Origin: Chromatiaceae bacterium
Lineage (GTDB): Bacteria; Pseudomonadota; Gammaproteobacteria; SZUA-140
Length of the DNA stretch: 64,000 bases
Direction of reading: 5' to 3'
Assembly: GCA_003232725.1 (NCBI GenBank)
Contig: QIJH01000218.1
Location: 3,429-67,428 of the forward strand
Shown: positions 52,823 to 63,639 of the stretch, piece by piece
How the letters are laid out: each line of letters begins with the position of its first letter
How positions within the stretch are numbered: the stretch's first letter is position 1
The notes under the pieces: model-generated
Seen by the model: only the letters and a program-made list of their open reading frames with translations
Databases searched by the model: none
What the model was told of the DNA's origin: nothing
Program-made: the position numbers and the translations under genes

Positions 52823-54181
52823 TTATGCGACATGTCGTCCATTATTTGGCTCAATCACTGAAATCAGCTCACCACGCAGAGAATTAGGCAGCGCCTCGGT
52901 AATGCGCACATTGGCAAACTGGCCAATCAACGATTGATCCGCAGTGAAGTTCACCCAGCGATTATTGTCAGTACGCCCCGCCACTTGTGCCGAATCTTTT
53001 TTCGACACTCGCTCCACCAATACACGCTGCTCAGTGCCAACCATCGAGGCACTGATTTCAGCCGTCATCCCAACAATTCGCTGCTGCAGTTCCGCCAGAC
53101 GCTGCTGCTTAACCGCATGAGACACATCGTCAGGGAATACGGCAGCAGGTGTCCCAGGGCGCGCGCTATAGATAAAACTAAACGAGTGATCAAAGCCGAT
53201 ATCTTCAATCAGCGCCATGGTGGCACGATGATCGGCATCCGACTCTCCTGGAAAGCCGATAATAAAATCAGACGACATGCTGATATCGGGGCGAATGTCA
53301 CGTAGGCGACGGATCTTTGATTTATATTCCAGCGCGCTATGACCACGCTTCATCGCGCCCAAAATACGATCGGAACCACTCTGTACCGGCAGGTGAAGAT
53401 GACTCACCAGCTCCGGCACATCACGGTACGCTTCAATCAAGCTGTCACTAAACTCAACCGGGTGCGAGGTGGTGAAACGAACGCGATCGATGCCGTCAAT
53501 ACTTGCGACATACGTGATCAACAGCGCGAGATCTGCCTCAGTACCATCTTCCATTTCATGGCGATAGGCATTGACGTTCTGGCCCAATAGATTCACTTCA
53601 CGTACACCCTGGCTGGCTAGCGATGAGATTTCACTTAGCACATCATCAAACGGACGGCTAAACTCTTCACCACGGGTATATGGCACCACGCAAAATGTAC
53701 AATATTTACTACACCCCTCCATGATCGAGACAAACGCCGTCGGACCATTAGCCTTCGGCTCTGGCAGGCAGTCAAACTTTTCAATCTCTGGAAAGCTGAT
53801 ATCGATCACTGGCTGGCGCCGCTGCTTCACCGCGTTCAACATCTCTGGCAAGCGGTGAAATGTCTGCGGGCCAAACACCAGGTCAACAAACGGAGCGCGT
53901 TGACGAATCGCCTCACCTTCCTGACTTGCGACACAGCCTCCCACGCCAATTACGATGTTCGGCTGTTTCACTTTCATTTCGCGCCAGCGCCCCAGCTGGT
54001 GAAATACTTTTTCCTGTGCCTTTTCGCGAATCGAGCAGGTATTGAGCAGCAGAATATCCGCCTCTTCAGCAGAATTCACCTGCTGTGCGCCGTGCGATGC
54101 TGCAAGCACTTCCGCCATTTTGTCAGAGTCATATTCGTTCATCTGACAACCAAAGGTCTTAATAAATAATTTGTACGCCAT
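52823..54181 (-). CDS. miaB: tRNA-i6A37 methylthiotransferase MiaB
   Basis: MTTase N-domain ([14 protein letters not shown]), radical-SAM CxxxCxxC ([11 protein letters not shown]), TRAM domain. 452 aa. Confidence 0.95.
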   Translation of the reverse strand: MAYKLFIKTFGCQMNEYDSDKMAEVLAASHGAQQVNSAEEADILLLNTCSIREKAQEKVFHQLGRWREMKVKQPNIVIGVGGCVASQEGEAIRQRAPFVDLVFGPQTFHRLPEMLNAVKQRRQPVIDISFPEIEKFDCLPEPKANGPTAFVSIMEGCSKYCTFCVVPYTRGEEFSRPFDDVLSEISSLASQGVREVNLLGQNVNAYRHEMEDGTEADLALLITYVASIDGIDRVRFTTSHPVEFSDSLIEAYRDVPELVSHLHLPVQSGSDRILGAMKRGHSALEYKSKIRRLRDIRPDISMSSDFIIGFPGESDADHRATMALIEDIGFDHSFSFIYSARPGTPAAVFPDDVSHAVKQQRLAELQQRIVGMTAEISASMVGTEQRVLVERVSKKDSAQVAGRTDNNRWVNFTADQSLIGQFANVRITEALPNSLRGELISVIEPNNGRHVA

Positions 54182-54837
54182 CGTCGTGCTATTTCAAATC
54201 CAAAACTTACAATAAAGAACAGCTCAATTTACTACTTTTTCGGTGAAATTTCCAGTCAACCGCTCATATCCCGGCAGCCCGCCACTTAAATCAAACCTAA
54301 CCATTACGACTGTGAATTTGGCGGTTCAGAGCAATCTTACCTGCACTAAAACAGTAAAAACTTATACTGCTGAACAAGCAAGCATCAAACCAGCTAAATA
54401 AATCTGTTTAAAATCAACAAAAACAAATAATACGAGGCCTTTGCACCAGCAGTGATTTTGTTCTCGGGCACCAACAGTAGGCGCTTTAGGCGAGGCAAAA
54501 GCGCACGGAATGAGGGAGTTTATCGCTATAAATGACCGATTGAGACCGCTTTTAACACCGCCAAAGGGCAAAAGAACAATCGTGCAAAGATCTCAATACG
54601 AAGAATTCAAATCGCACTAGAATAGCGCGAAAAAAGTGACGGCGACTCTTTACTTGGTGTAATAGAGAATTACAAATAGCAAAAATCGTCCTACTATAGC
54701 CCACCTAAATGCGTTGATAGCGACTATCCACTCACAACCAAATTAGCCACATCTCTAAAATTCAGTTACCAGTAACACCTATCAACCCCATTGGGCTGTA
54801 GAACGACAACTGTCACTACCGGCAAACAACACCCATA

Positions 54838-55023
54838 TTAACGGCGTTTTCGACGATCCTGCTCTTCTTTCACATATACCAGCGACTCATCTTCTGGTGC
54901 CACATCTTCCGACCACTGTTTACTAGTGTCCGTTGACGATTTCAAATGAACAGCAACCGCTGCTCCAATAACACCGCCCAATGTGAAAGCCACCAATATC
55001 GCTTCTATCATCATGCCCATCAT
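54838..55023 (-). CDS. small membrane protein (61 aa)
   Basis: GGAGGA RBS, then MMGMMIEAILVAFTLGGVIGAAVAVHL (one TM helix, glycine-zipper-like) and acidic/basic tail. Family unknown. Confidence 0.4.
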   Translation of the reverse strand: MMGMMIEAILVAFTLGGVIGAAVAVHLKSSTDTSKQWSEDVAPEDESLVYVKEEQDRRKRR

Positions 55024-55326
55024 ATGCGTATCCTCCAATATTCAGGTTTACATCCTTGCCAAGCCATCCAACATCCTTTTGGAAATGGCCATTTCGAGAT
55101 CCTTCACTATTATTTAGCGGCTCGGATATGCCATTCCCTTAATTCAGTTAAAGGCATCGATCATGCCAATATCGAAAAAACACTAGAAACAATCAGGTAA
55201 AAGAAGGTAATAGACTGTATTGATAGAAAAAATTAACGGCGATCATGAAACATATTTTGCCCACATAAAATCGCGTCAGTACAAAAAAATGACGTTAGCT
55301 GTCTGTATCCAGCAGATCCAGCGCTA

Positions 55327-56115
55327 TTATTCTGCCAATTTGGCCTTCTGCCACATCGCCTCAAGCGCCGCCAAAGCGGCATCCTGAGGCAAAACCCCCA
55401 ATTCAACACACTGCGCCTCAACCAGACCAAAACGCCGCTCAAAACGCCGGTTCGCTTCACGCAGCGCGCACTCCGGGTCAATCGATGCGTGACGTGCAAG
55501 ATTACTCACCGCCTGCAACAGATCACCCACCTCATGTCGCATACGCAGGTCACCCTGATTTTGCTCAAGCACTTCCCGCACCTCGTCCAGCTCTTCCTGC
55601 ACCTTATCCAGTACCTGGTCAATTTCAGGCCAGTCAAAACCGACATGGGCCGCACGCTTTTGCAGCTTCACTGCGCGTGTTAACGCGGGCAGCGTCACCG
55701 CAACGCCACTCAAAGCACCCTGATGGCTGGCAGCGACACCTTTTTTTCGCCGCTCATCCGCCTTAATCTTCTCCCACGTAGCACCATGATCACTCGTAGC
55801 AGCGCGCGCATCATCAAACACATGCGGATGACGGCGAATTAATTTCTCCGCAATGGTTTCAACCACCCGCGAAAAATCAAAGAGCCCTTCCTCTTTAGCA
55901 ATCTGGGCATAAAACACTACCTGAAACAGCAGATCACCCAGCTCATCACACAGATCATCCATGTCACCACGCTCGACCGCATCCACTACTTCATAAGCCT
56001 CTTCAATCGTACAGGGCGCGATTGAACGATAGTCCTGCGCCAGATCCCACGGGCAGCCACTCTCAGGGGCACGCAATTGAGCCATCACTTCAAGCAGTTT
56101 TTTCATTTCATTCAT
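55327..56115 (-). CDS. mazG: nucleoside triphosphate pyrophosphohydrolase MazG
   Basis: Two MazG-like EExxE modules (...CPWDLAQDYRSIAPCTIEEAYEVVDAVE...DELGDLLFQVVFYAQ; ...VQEELDEVREVLEQ...HEVGDLLQAV). Confidence 0.9.
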   Translation of the reverse strand: MNEMKKLLEVMAQLRAPESGCPWDLAQDYRSIAPCTIEEAYEVVDAVERGDMDDLCDELGDLLFQVVFYAQIAKEEGLFDFSRVVETIAEKLIRRHPHVFDDARAATSDHGATWEKIKADERRKKGVAASHQGALSGVAVTLPALTRAVKLQKRAAHVGFDWPEIDQVLDKVQEELDEVREVLEQNQGDLRMRHEVGDLLQAVSNLARHASIDPECALREANRRFERRFGLVEAQCVELGVLPQDAALAALEAMWQKAKLAE

Positions 56116-56118
56116 AAG

Positions 56119-56379
56119 CTACGGTAACTCACCAATTTTCTCTAAACCGATAAGCTTATTATCTGCATCAAAACACAAGCTAAAAACACCATTGATCCCA
56201 TCATGCAATACAAAAGGCTGTAGACAACTCGCTGGGAATTGCACTCGACGACCATCGTGCGCATTCACAATTACCTGCTTCGCCTGCCCCTTATAGTAAT
56301 AAATATAATCTTCGGCAGAAATCCGAATCGCAAATCTAACCTGCTGAGCACTACCCACCATGGCAAACCACAACCTCAA
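56119..56379 (-). CDS. conserved hypothetical protein (possibly DUF2835-like), adjacent to mazG
   Basis: 86 aa: ...VRFAIRISAEDYIYYYKGQAKQVIVNAHDGRRVQFPASCLQPFVLHDGINGVFSLCFDADNKLIGLEKIG. Family assignment from memory only. Confidence 0.4.
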   Translation of the reverse strand: MRLWFAMVGSAQQVRFAIRISAEDYIYYYKGQAKQVIVNAHDGRRVQFPASCLQPFVLHDGINGVFSLCFDADNKLIGLEKIGELP

Positions 56380-57035
56380 TTACACAAAACAACACTCATC
56401 ACTCCTCGCTATTTTCCTGCCACTTAAGCAGAGCCGCTATCTTTTTTTCGACACAACCTTGCCTTATCCAATCCCCTCACAACGTTGAGACGCTCCCTTC
56501 CAGTCGCTCTTAGCAAAAGCTATCTCAGGCTAACAGGGATAGGACAAACACTGCACAGGACAAATCTCATAAATGCCACAGCGCATATATTCCTCTTACT
56601 TCCGCTAGAAAAACACATGTTTCATCATCACTTACAGCTACCACTCAATCTTCACCAAGTCGATCGAAAAAGATAACATCGCTTAAACCAGGCACAAGAC
56701 AGACCAAGAAAATGACCGGTTTTTCTCTCTCTTCGCTCGATACGTAACATAATAACCACCTATAAGGTAGCGCAATATCCCCCACATTCAGTACACTCAA
56801 AACGTGACGGCGCCTTTAAATATAGAGGGAGTTTGGTTTCATCGTTGAGTCGTTTCACCATGAATGATAATTTATTCGAAATTAATAGCCTTAATCTTAC
56901 TTTAAACGACACCGTAACAAACCGTTGCGCTTTATTAGACACGTTGCTATTCTGCCTTCATTGATATAACACGATACACGATTTTGTTTAACTGCATAGT
57001 TTAACGGCACACTTATAAAAACTGAGGAGACAAGC

Positions 57036-57425
57036 ATGGCTACTAAGAAAAAAGCGGCAACAAAGAAAAAGGCATCTAGCAAAAAAGCAGTTGCTGCTAC
57101 ACCTCGCGTAAAAGCGATCAAAGAGCCATTCACTCGTACCGCTCTTTTTGGTCACCTGTCTGAAAAAACAGGCCTGACCAAAAAAGAAGTCGCCTCAGTA
57201 TTTGATGAGTTAAAAGTCGTCATTGAGGGTCACATCAAAAAAGGTTCTGCTCAGGTATTTACCCTGCCCGGTATCCTAAAAGTAAAAGTGAATCGCAAGC
57301 CTGCTACTCGCGCCCGCAAAGGCACCAACCCTTTCACTGGCGAAGAGATGACTTTCAAAGCAAAACCAGCACGCAATGTTGTTAAGGTTCAGCCGTTGAA
57401 AGCACTGAAAGATATGGCATCGTAA
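57036..57425 (+). CDS. HU/IHF-family DNA-binding protein with N-terminal Lys/Ala-rich (histone H1-like) tail
   Basis: MATKKKAATKKKASSKKAVAATPRVKA tail, then HU fold (LTKKEVASVFDELKVVIEGHIKKG...FTLPGILKVKVNRKPATRARKGTNPFTGEEMTFKAKPARNVVKVQPLKALKD). Confidence 0.75.
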   Translation: MATKKKAATKKKASSKKAVAATPRVKAIKEPFTRTALFGHLSEKTGLTKKEVASVFDELKVVIEGHIKKGSAQVFTLPGILKVKVNRKPATRARKGTNPFTGEEMTFKAKPARNVVKVQPLKALKDMAS

Positions 57426-57535
57426 GACACCATCTCACTGGGCGGTACCACCATGTGCCGCCCAACTCGCTCCTGTCTTACTCAATCCGCGCTACCATTT
57501 CACATAGCTGGCATGAAAATTTCATAACCAGCCTT

Positions 57536-59734
57536 ATGTCCCGAATTATTCGAAAAACTTATTTACCCAGTATCACCGCATGCTTAGTATTATCTATTGC
57601 ATCAAACACTTGGGCTAGCCCCCCGCATAACCCTGACAACCCAAGCACGTCAATAATTGATCAGCAACGCGCCGATTTCGTGACAGCAGAGCAAATACTA
57701 CAGCGCGGCGCAATCACAAAATTTAAAAAATTAACGCATCAACTGCAAGACTACCCACTCTATCCGTATCTACGCTATGAGTATCTACGCACACGGCTGC
57801 ATCAACGGCCAGCGCAAGAGATCAATACATTTATCGATACCTTTCATGATAGCCCACTCAGTTCACGACTCCATTTTCGCTGGATCAAGAAGCTCGCACA
57901 AAATGGGCGCTGGAAAGAGGTTGAGCAACATTACCGGCCAGACAATAATGTCACACTAGCCTGCTACTACCGCCGCGCCCTCCTCAAGAGAGGTGATCAG
58001 GAAGCGGCCTTCGATGGCCTTCAACTGTTATGGCTGGTAGGCCATTCACAACCGCGCGCCTGCGACCCACTATTTACGGCATGGTACAACGCAGGCTTTA
58101 TCGATGATGCTCTCGCATGGCAACGCATTCAACTGGCGATGGATAAACGCAAACTCACGCTGACACGCTACTTAACCCGCTTTCTATCCAAAAAAGAACG
58201 CGTCTGGGCCAACAAATGGATTGAAGTCCACCACAAACCGTCACGCATTCTCTCGACAAAGCGTTTTGCCAGCGAACATCCCATGCGTAACACCATCATC
58301 GTACACGGTCTAAAGCGCATGGCACGCACCAATCCTATCAAAGCCGCTAACAGATGGCAGGCAGAAATAAGCGCCCGCTACCCGTTCAGCGATGATGAAA
58401 TCAGCAGTGTTGAGCGCGCCATAGGAATGACCATGGCGCTACGTCACAAACCCGAGGCGCTCAGCTGGCTTGCTGTGCTTGCAGAAAAACCAGCCGATCA
58501 GTCACTACGCGAATGGCGTGTGCGTACCGCACTCAATCAGCAAAACTGGGATGCAGCACTGGCCTGGCTCGATCAATTAAACGACGACGAACAGCAAATG
58601 ACACGCTGGCAATATTGGCGCGCGCGCGCACTAGCGGCACTCGGCCAGCAAATAGAGGCCGAAGCAATCTACAATACCCTGGCGATGAGTCGCGGTTACT
58701 ACGGCTTCCTTGCCGCCGACAAACTCGCCCGCCCTTACCGCTTTGAACATGCTGCCTTACTACAAAATGAAGAACTCGCCAGCAACATTGAACAACGCCC
58801 CGGTATTTTAAGAGCACGCGAACTATTTATTCTTAAACGTGCGGTAGAGGCTCGACGAGAGTGGTTTCACGCCACTCAGCACATGAGTGAAGCACAACTT
58901 CACCAGGCCGGACAATTAGCCCATCACTGGGGCTGGCATGATCGCGCCATCCTGACCATTGCCCGTACTAAACATCGCGATGACCTCAATGTGCGTTTTC
59001 CACTTGTCCACCAAAACAAGATCATACTCAAGGCCAATGAAAACAATGTCGATGCGGCCCTCGCCTTTGCATTGATTCGCCAGGAGAGTGCCTTCACCCC
59101 CGACGCCCGCTCCAGCGCCGGTGCCATGGGGTTAATGCAGCTAATGCCACGCACCGCCACACAGTTAACATCTGGCACGGGTATTCGCATCAAAAATCGC
59201 ATGCAACTGATCGATATCGATACCAATCTAAAACTCGGCATGAAGCATCTAGGCAAAATGATGAAACGCTTCAATAACAATCCGGTTCTCGCTCTCGCCG
59301 CCTATAATGCCGGTGAGTCCAGAGTCAAACGCTGGATTCCAGACAATAAACGGGTCGCGGCAGACCTATGGGCCGAAACCATTCCGTTTAAAGAGACGCG
59401 CAACTATATTCAAAACATCATGCTCTTTACCCCCATCTACGAACAGCATCTGGGCCGACCACTGACCCCACTGGCACAACGCATGGTACCGATCGGCACC
59501 TCACCGTCCGTTATCACACAGAAAACCGATGAAAATTTGCCCGCTCAATCTGCCCCCAACACTGCTGATACCATTAAAATTTATAGCCCCACGCCCATCA
59601 AAAATAGCACCACAACCCCGCTAAGCAACGACCAGCAGGTGGAATCGCCTAAAAAAGATGATGCAAATGGCGTTAAAACAATGCAACATCACGACACCAT
59701 AACCCTTAGTCATTCTAAACGGGAGGGGATCTAG
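57536..59734 (+). CDS. slt: soluble lytic murein transglycosylase (Slt70-like) with low-complexity C-terminal extension
   Basis: Signal peptide (MSRIIRKTYLPSITACLVLSIASNTWA), superhelical U-domain, SLT catalytic domain (ALAFALIRQESAFTPDARSSAGAMGLMQLMP...AAYNAGESRVKRW). ~80 aa S/T/P/N-rich tail. Confidence 0.85.
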   Translation: MSRIIRKTYLPSITACLVLSIASNTWASPPHNPDNPSTSIIDQQRADFVTAEQILQRGAITKFKKLTHQLQDYPLYPYLRYEYLRTRLHQRPAQEINTFIDTFHDSPLSSRLHFRWIKKLAQNGRWKEVEQHYRPDNNVTLACYYRRALLKRGDQEAAFDGLQLLWLVGHSQPRACDPLFTAWYNAGFIDDALAWQRIQLAMDKRKLTLTRYLTRFLSKKERVWANKWIEVHHKPSRILSTKRFASEHPMRNTIIVHGLKRMARTNPIKAANRWQAEISARYPFSDDEISSVERAIGMTMALRHKPEALSWLAVLAEKPADQSLREWRVRTALNQQNWDAALAWLDQLNDDEQQMTRWQYWRARALAALGQQIEAEAIYNTLAMSRGYYGFLAADKLARPYRFEHAALLQNEELASNIEQRPGILRARELFILKRAVEARREWFHATQHMSEAQLHQAGQLAHHWGWHDRAILTIARTKHRDDLNVRFPLVHQNKIILKANENNVDAALAFALIRQESAFTPDARSSAGAMGLMQLMPRTATQLTSGTGIRIKNRMQLIDIDTNLKLGMKHLGKMMKRFNNNPVLALAAYNAGESRVKRWIPDNKRVAADLWAETIPFKETRNYIQNIMLFTPIYEQHLGRPLTPLAQRMVPIGTSPSVITQKTDENLPAQSAPNTADTIKIYSPTPIKNSTTTPLSNDQQVESPKKDDANGVKTMQHHDTITLSHSKREGI

Positions 59735-59771
59735 CAACGCAGCCTCTCACGGCAGCGCTGTACCACCCATT

Positions 59772-61259
59772 ATGCACATACCAGCGCCCAATCTTTCTGC
59801 ACCTGAAATACCCGCCGTGCCAACAGTGGTACCACTCACTCGTCCCACGCGTGTTATTGCCATCAGCAGCGGCAAAGGGGGTGTCGGTAAAACCAGCGTC
59901 AGTACCAATCTTGGCATCGCACTCGCTACATTAGGCGCAAAGGTCTGTATCCTGGATGCGGATACCGGCCTCGCCAATATCAATATCCTGCTAAACCTGA
60001 GGCCAGAGTTCACCATCGAACACTTGCTAAACGGTGAAAAAAATATCGATGAAATCATCCTCGACGGCCCTAATGGCATCAAGGTCGTACCCGCTGCATC
60101 TGGTATCTCAGAATGCGCAGCACTCAACCAGGAACAGCATCAAATATTATCAAAAGCGCTATCACAGCTAGAATCGCGTTTCGACTATCTGCTAATCGAT
60201 ACTGCGGCAGGTATCGGAGAAACCGTATTAGCGTTTCTCGCCTCGGCACAATACTGCGTTCTGGTGATCACACCTGAACCGACCTCACTCACTGATGCCT
60301 TTGCGCTCATACGAGTGATGAAACGTAAACAACTCAAACAGCCGATCTACACCATTGTGAATCGCGCCGCTAGCCCACAAAAGGCAAATGAAGTGTTCCG
60401 TCGTTTTTCTGCTGCCGCAAAAAAATACCTGCAGATTCGTATTGGTTACATGGGCAGTATTGCGGAAGACCCAATGATTAGCAGTGCTGTTTGCCTGCAA
60501 ACCCCGCTCATCATTGCACAACCTCAAAGTCCTGCAAGTCAATGCATTCAAGCACTGGCCACGCGCATCGACAACAAACTTGTCGCCAGTAAAAAACCAC
60601 ACCATTTCAGCAAATACTGGCACGATAAGGGCCAGTCCGATAGTGATGCGAGTAATATTTCTATCCCTGGAACCACCGCTGATGCCACTTCCAGTACGGG
60701 ACTCTCTGGCGACTATCTATCCGTCGCCATCCTCTCCTATTTACAGTATCCCGAAACCAGAGAAGCAGAGGCTAAACAGCTATTGCAGCCACTTATCGAT
60801 GCGGGGTTTGAGCGCTTTGGTGCGGCTGCATTTAACCTGCCTGCAACAGCAGAGCCGGCGAAGAGAACGGCCTCGGCACCAATACAGACAACAGAAACCA
60901 CATCAGATATCTCACACCTGCTCTCTGATATTGAAGAACCCGAAGCAAAAAAAATCATTCAACAACTGGTTTCTCGACACCAGCGACTATTTAAAAAATC
61001 GCCGCTAAACCTTGAAGGCACACTCCTCGAAACCCTGTGCCAAACAGAAATAAGTGAAACGCAATGTTCTGTCATGCTTGAAACCTTACAGCAATACTAT
61101 CGTAAGCACTTTGGTGATCATGAGCAGGATGAAAAAGTAAAACTGATCGAAACCTTGACTGAATTCTCACAGCAGATCCAACAACGAGAAAAGCAACTCG
61201 ATAACGACCTGCAACGGCTCTCAGACATGGTGCAAAAATTCAGCGATACCCATCCATAA
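59772..61259 (+). CDS. MinD/FlhG/ParA-like P-loop ATPase with ~220 aa C-terminal extension
   Basis: Deviant Walker A SSGKGGVGKTSVSTNLG, ILDADTG, LLIDTAAG of the MinD/FleN family. After ~residue 275, a serine/acidic linker and a helical domain of unknown family. Confidence 0.75.
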   Translation: MHIPAPNLSAPEIPAVPTVVPLTRPTRVIAISSGKGGVGKTSVSTNLGIALATLGAKVCILDADTGLANINILLNLRPEFTIEHLLNGEKNIDEIILDGPNGIKVVPAASGISECAALNQEQHQILSKALSQLESRFDYLLIDTAAGIGETVLAFLASAQYCVLVITPEPTSLTDAFALIRVMKRKQLKQPIYTIVNRAASPQKANEVFRRFSAAAKKYLQIRIGYMGSIAEDPMISSAVCLQTPLIIAQPQSPASQCIQALATRIDNKLVASKKPHHFSKYWHDKGQSDSDASNISIPGTTADATSSTGLSGDYLSVAILSYLQYPETREAEAKQLLQPLIDAGFERFGAAAFNLPATAEPAKRTASAPIQTTETTSDISHLLSDIEEPEAKKIIQQLVSRHQRLFKKSPLNLEGTLLETLCQTEISETQCSVMLETLQQYYRKHFGDHEQDEKVKLIETLTEFSQQIQQREKQLDNDLQRLSDMVQKFSDTHP

Positions 61260-61278
61260 TCGAATCACACTATTACAA

Positions 61279-63060
61279 TCACTCTTCCGTTGGCGGCGGT
61301 GCAACGCTAAAGACTTCATCCAATGAGGTGATCCCCTTGGCCACCTTCTGCAGGCCACTAATCCGCAACGGCCGCATGCCCTCTTTTTGCGCCTGCTGCC
61401 GAACCTGTGCAATATCAACCTTTTGATGACGCAACTGCTCCCGCAGGCCACTCGACAACGTCATCATCTCATAGATACCCACACGCCCCGCATACCCTGT
61501 TTGGCGGCATTCCAGACAACCATTTGCCACCATGATCTTCTCTGGCATCACACTCTTCCATGGCTGGCTCAACGCCTGCCATAGCTCTTTATCAGGTGCG
61601 ACTGGCTGTTTACAATGCGGGCATAGCGTCCGTACCAGGCGTTGCGCCACCACCCCGATCACAGAGGCACTGATCATGTACTGCGGCACACCGATCTCGA
61701 GCAGACGCGTAATCGCCAGCACAGCATCATTAGTATGCAATGTCGATAACACCAGGTGGCCGGTTAACGCCGCCTGTATCGCTACTTCGGCCGTTTCACG
61801 GTCGCGTATCTCACCCACCATAATAATGTCCGGATCCTGCCGTAACAGTGCACGCACACCATCTGCAAAGGCAAGATCAATATTATGCTGCACCTGCATC
61901 TGATTAAAGTCAGGCACCACCATCTCAATCGGATCTTCAATGGTGCAGATATTCAACTCAGGCCTGGCGAGGTGCTTCAACGTTGAATAAAGCGTGGTTG
62001 TCTTACCGGAGCCGGTCGGCCCTGTCACCAGGATAATACCGTGCGGCTTATCGATCATCCCTTTCCACTGTGCAGATTCTGCCTGACCAAAACCGAGATC
62101 AGAAAAATTCTTCACCAAAATATCAGGGTCAAAAATACGCATCACCATCTTCTCACCAAAGGCCGTCGGCATCGTTGAGAGGCGCAGCTCGACCTCTTTA
62201 CCATTCGGTGCTTTGGTCTTGAGGCGGCCATCTAGCGGACGCCGCTTCTCAGCCAGATCCATACGCCCCAAAATTTTAATGCGACTAACCACTGCCGCCA
62301 TCACCGTCGCCGGCAGCTGATACACCTGATGTAACATGCCATCGATGCGGAAGCGGATATTACCTTGCTCACGCCGTGGTTCTAAATGGATATCACTCGC
62401 GCGCTGGTCAAAGGCGTATTGCAACAGCCAGTCCACAATATTAACCACATGCTGATCATTCGCATCCAGGCTACCCGTCTTGCCCATCTCCAACATCTGT
62501 TCAAGATTATTGATCTCACCAGGCACCGTGCCATGCTGATCATCGTTGGCCCCCACCACTGATTTAGAGATAGCGTAAAATTCAACACGAAAACGTTCAA
62601 TGTCGGCGGGACTGGTAATCTCAAGCCGAATCTCTTTATTCAGGATATGCTCAAGCTCTTTCATCCACGCGACCTGATAGGGTTCCGCCGTTGCGATCAC
62701 CACATGAGAAACGCCCATTTCAATCGGCAGGAGTTTATTTCGCTCAGCATAACTATAGGAAACAACCGCCGCAATACGCGCGACATCCACCTTTAATGGA
62801 TCAATACGGCGGTAAGGGATTGAAAGCTTGTCGGCCAGCCACTGGCTCAGAAAGTCCTGGGTTAACACTTGTGGTGGCTGGGTGACGGTGCTCAGCTCAT
62901 GACTCGCCACAATCGCAAATGGGTGCTGATCGCCCGTATCGCGAAAACGCGCCTTAAGCATCAGCATCTCATGCTGTTCTTTATCAATCAGGCCATCGGC
63001 GTGCAGTTGATCACTGATTTCGTCAAGCCTGATACGGCGTGATTCGCCCGTCACACCCAC
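61279..63060 (-). CDS. GspE/PilB/MshE-family secretion ATPase with N-terminal T2SSE_N-type domain and C-terminal zinc-finger
   Basis: N-domain (RIRLDEISDQLHADGLIDKEQHEMLM...), Walker A LVTGPTGSGKTTTLYS, Asp box, Walker B IIMVGEIRD, His box. Tetracysteine CPHC...CLEC. 593 aa. Confidence 0.85.
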   Translation of the reverse strand: MGVTGESRRIRLDEISDQLHADGLIDKEQHEMLMLKARFRDTGDQHPFAIVASHELSTVTQPPQVLTQDFLSQWLADKLSIPYRRIDPLKVDVARIAAVVSYSYAERNKLLPIEMGVSHVVIATAEPYQVAWMKELEHILNKEIRLEITSPADIERFRVEFYAISKSVVGANDDQHGTVPGEINNLEQMLEMGKTGSLDANDQHVVNIVDWLLQYAFDQRASDIHLEPRREQGNIRFRIDGMLHQVYQLPATVMAAVVSRIKILGRMDLAEKRRPLDGRLKTKAPNGKEVELRLSTMPTAFGEKMVMRIFDPDILVKNFSDLGFGQAESAQWKGMIDKPHGIILVTGPTGSGKTTTLYSTLKHLARPELNICTIEDPIEMVVPDFNQMQVQHNIDLAFADGVRALLRQDPDIIMVGEIRDRETAEVAIQAALTGHLVLSTLHTNDAVLAITRLLEIGVPQYMISASVIGVVAQRLVRTLCPHCKQPVAPDKELWQALSQPWKSVMPEKIMVANGCLECRQTGYAGRVGIYEMMTLSSGLREQLRHQKVDIAQVRQQAQKEGMRPLRISGLQKVAKGITSLDEVFSVAPPPTEE

Positions 63061-63639
63061 TGTGATATCTCCATTTACATACCCCCAGCCTAAAGATTCG
63101 GTTTTGTCGCTTATTCACCATTAAAACCACAATAAAAACAACAAGCCACACCATAGTAACGGCAGCGTTCACCCCAATGCCAGTCCATATAGCAGATATC
63201 CCACGATATTCCAGACACCCATTGCACCGCGAGGCATTCGCAGCAACAGAATCACCATCTAGCCCACCGTTAGCCGAGCAACGATAAAGCCAACTCAGCA
63301 CCGCTTAATGAATGTAAAGAAAAATGAGAACCCTCCGATAAAACGATTATGTGAACTGCAGATTATCGATGATTTCAATCCCATCGTAACGAAAACCGAG
63401 CGAAAACCAGCCATACTCGCGCTAGCGCTTTAGCCACAGATACAAGGTGACGAATGGAATTCGCACCTGCAACACCAAAAGGAATTGGCGATGAAAAACC
63501 ATCAAAAATGTCGCGCCCTGATCAGTACTCAGATCACATCACCATGCCTCATAGGCATCACAGATAGCAACAACGTTATTTCTCAAAAAGCAATACTGGC
63601 CATCACGCCATATTACCGCCAGCAGGGAAATGAAAAACC

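Noticed and set aside
63023-63301. 92-aa minus-strand ORF overlapping the start of the GspE-family gene
   Set aside because: Out-of-frame overlap with a confident CDS, and no RBS.
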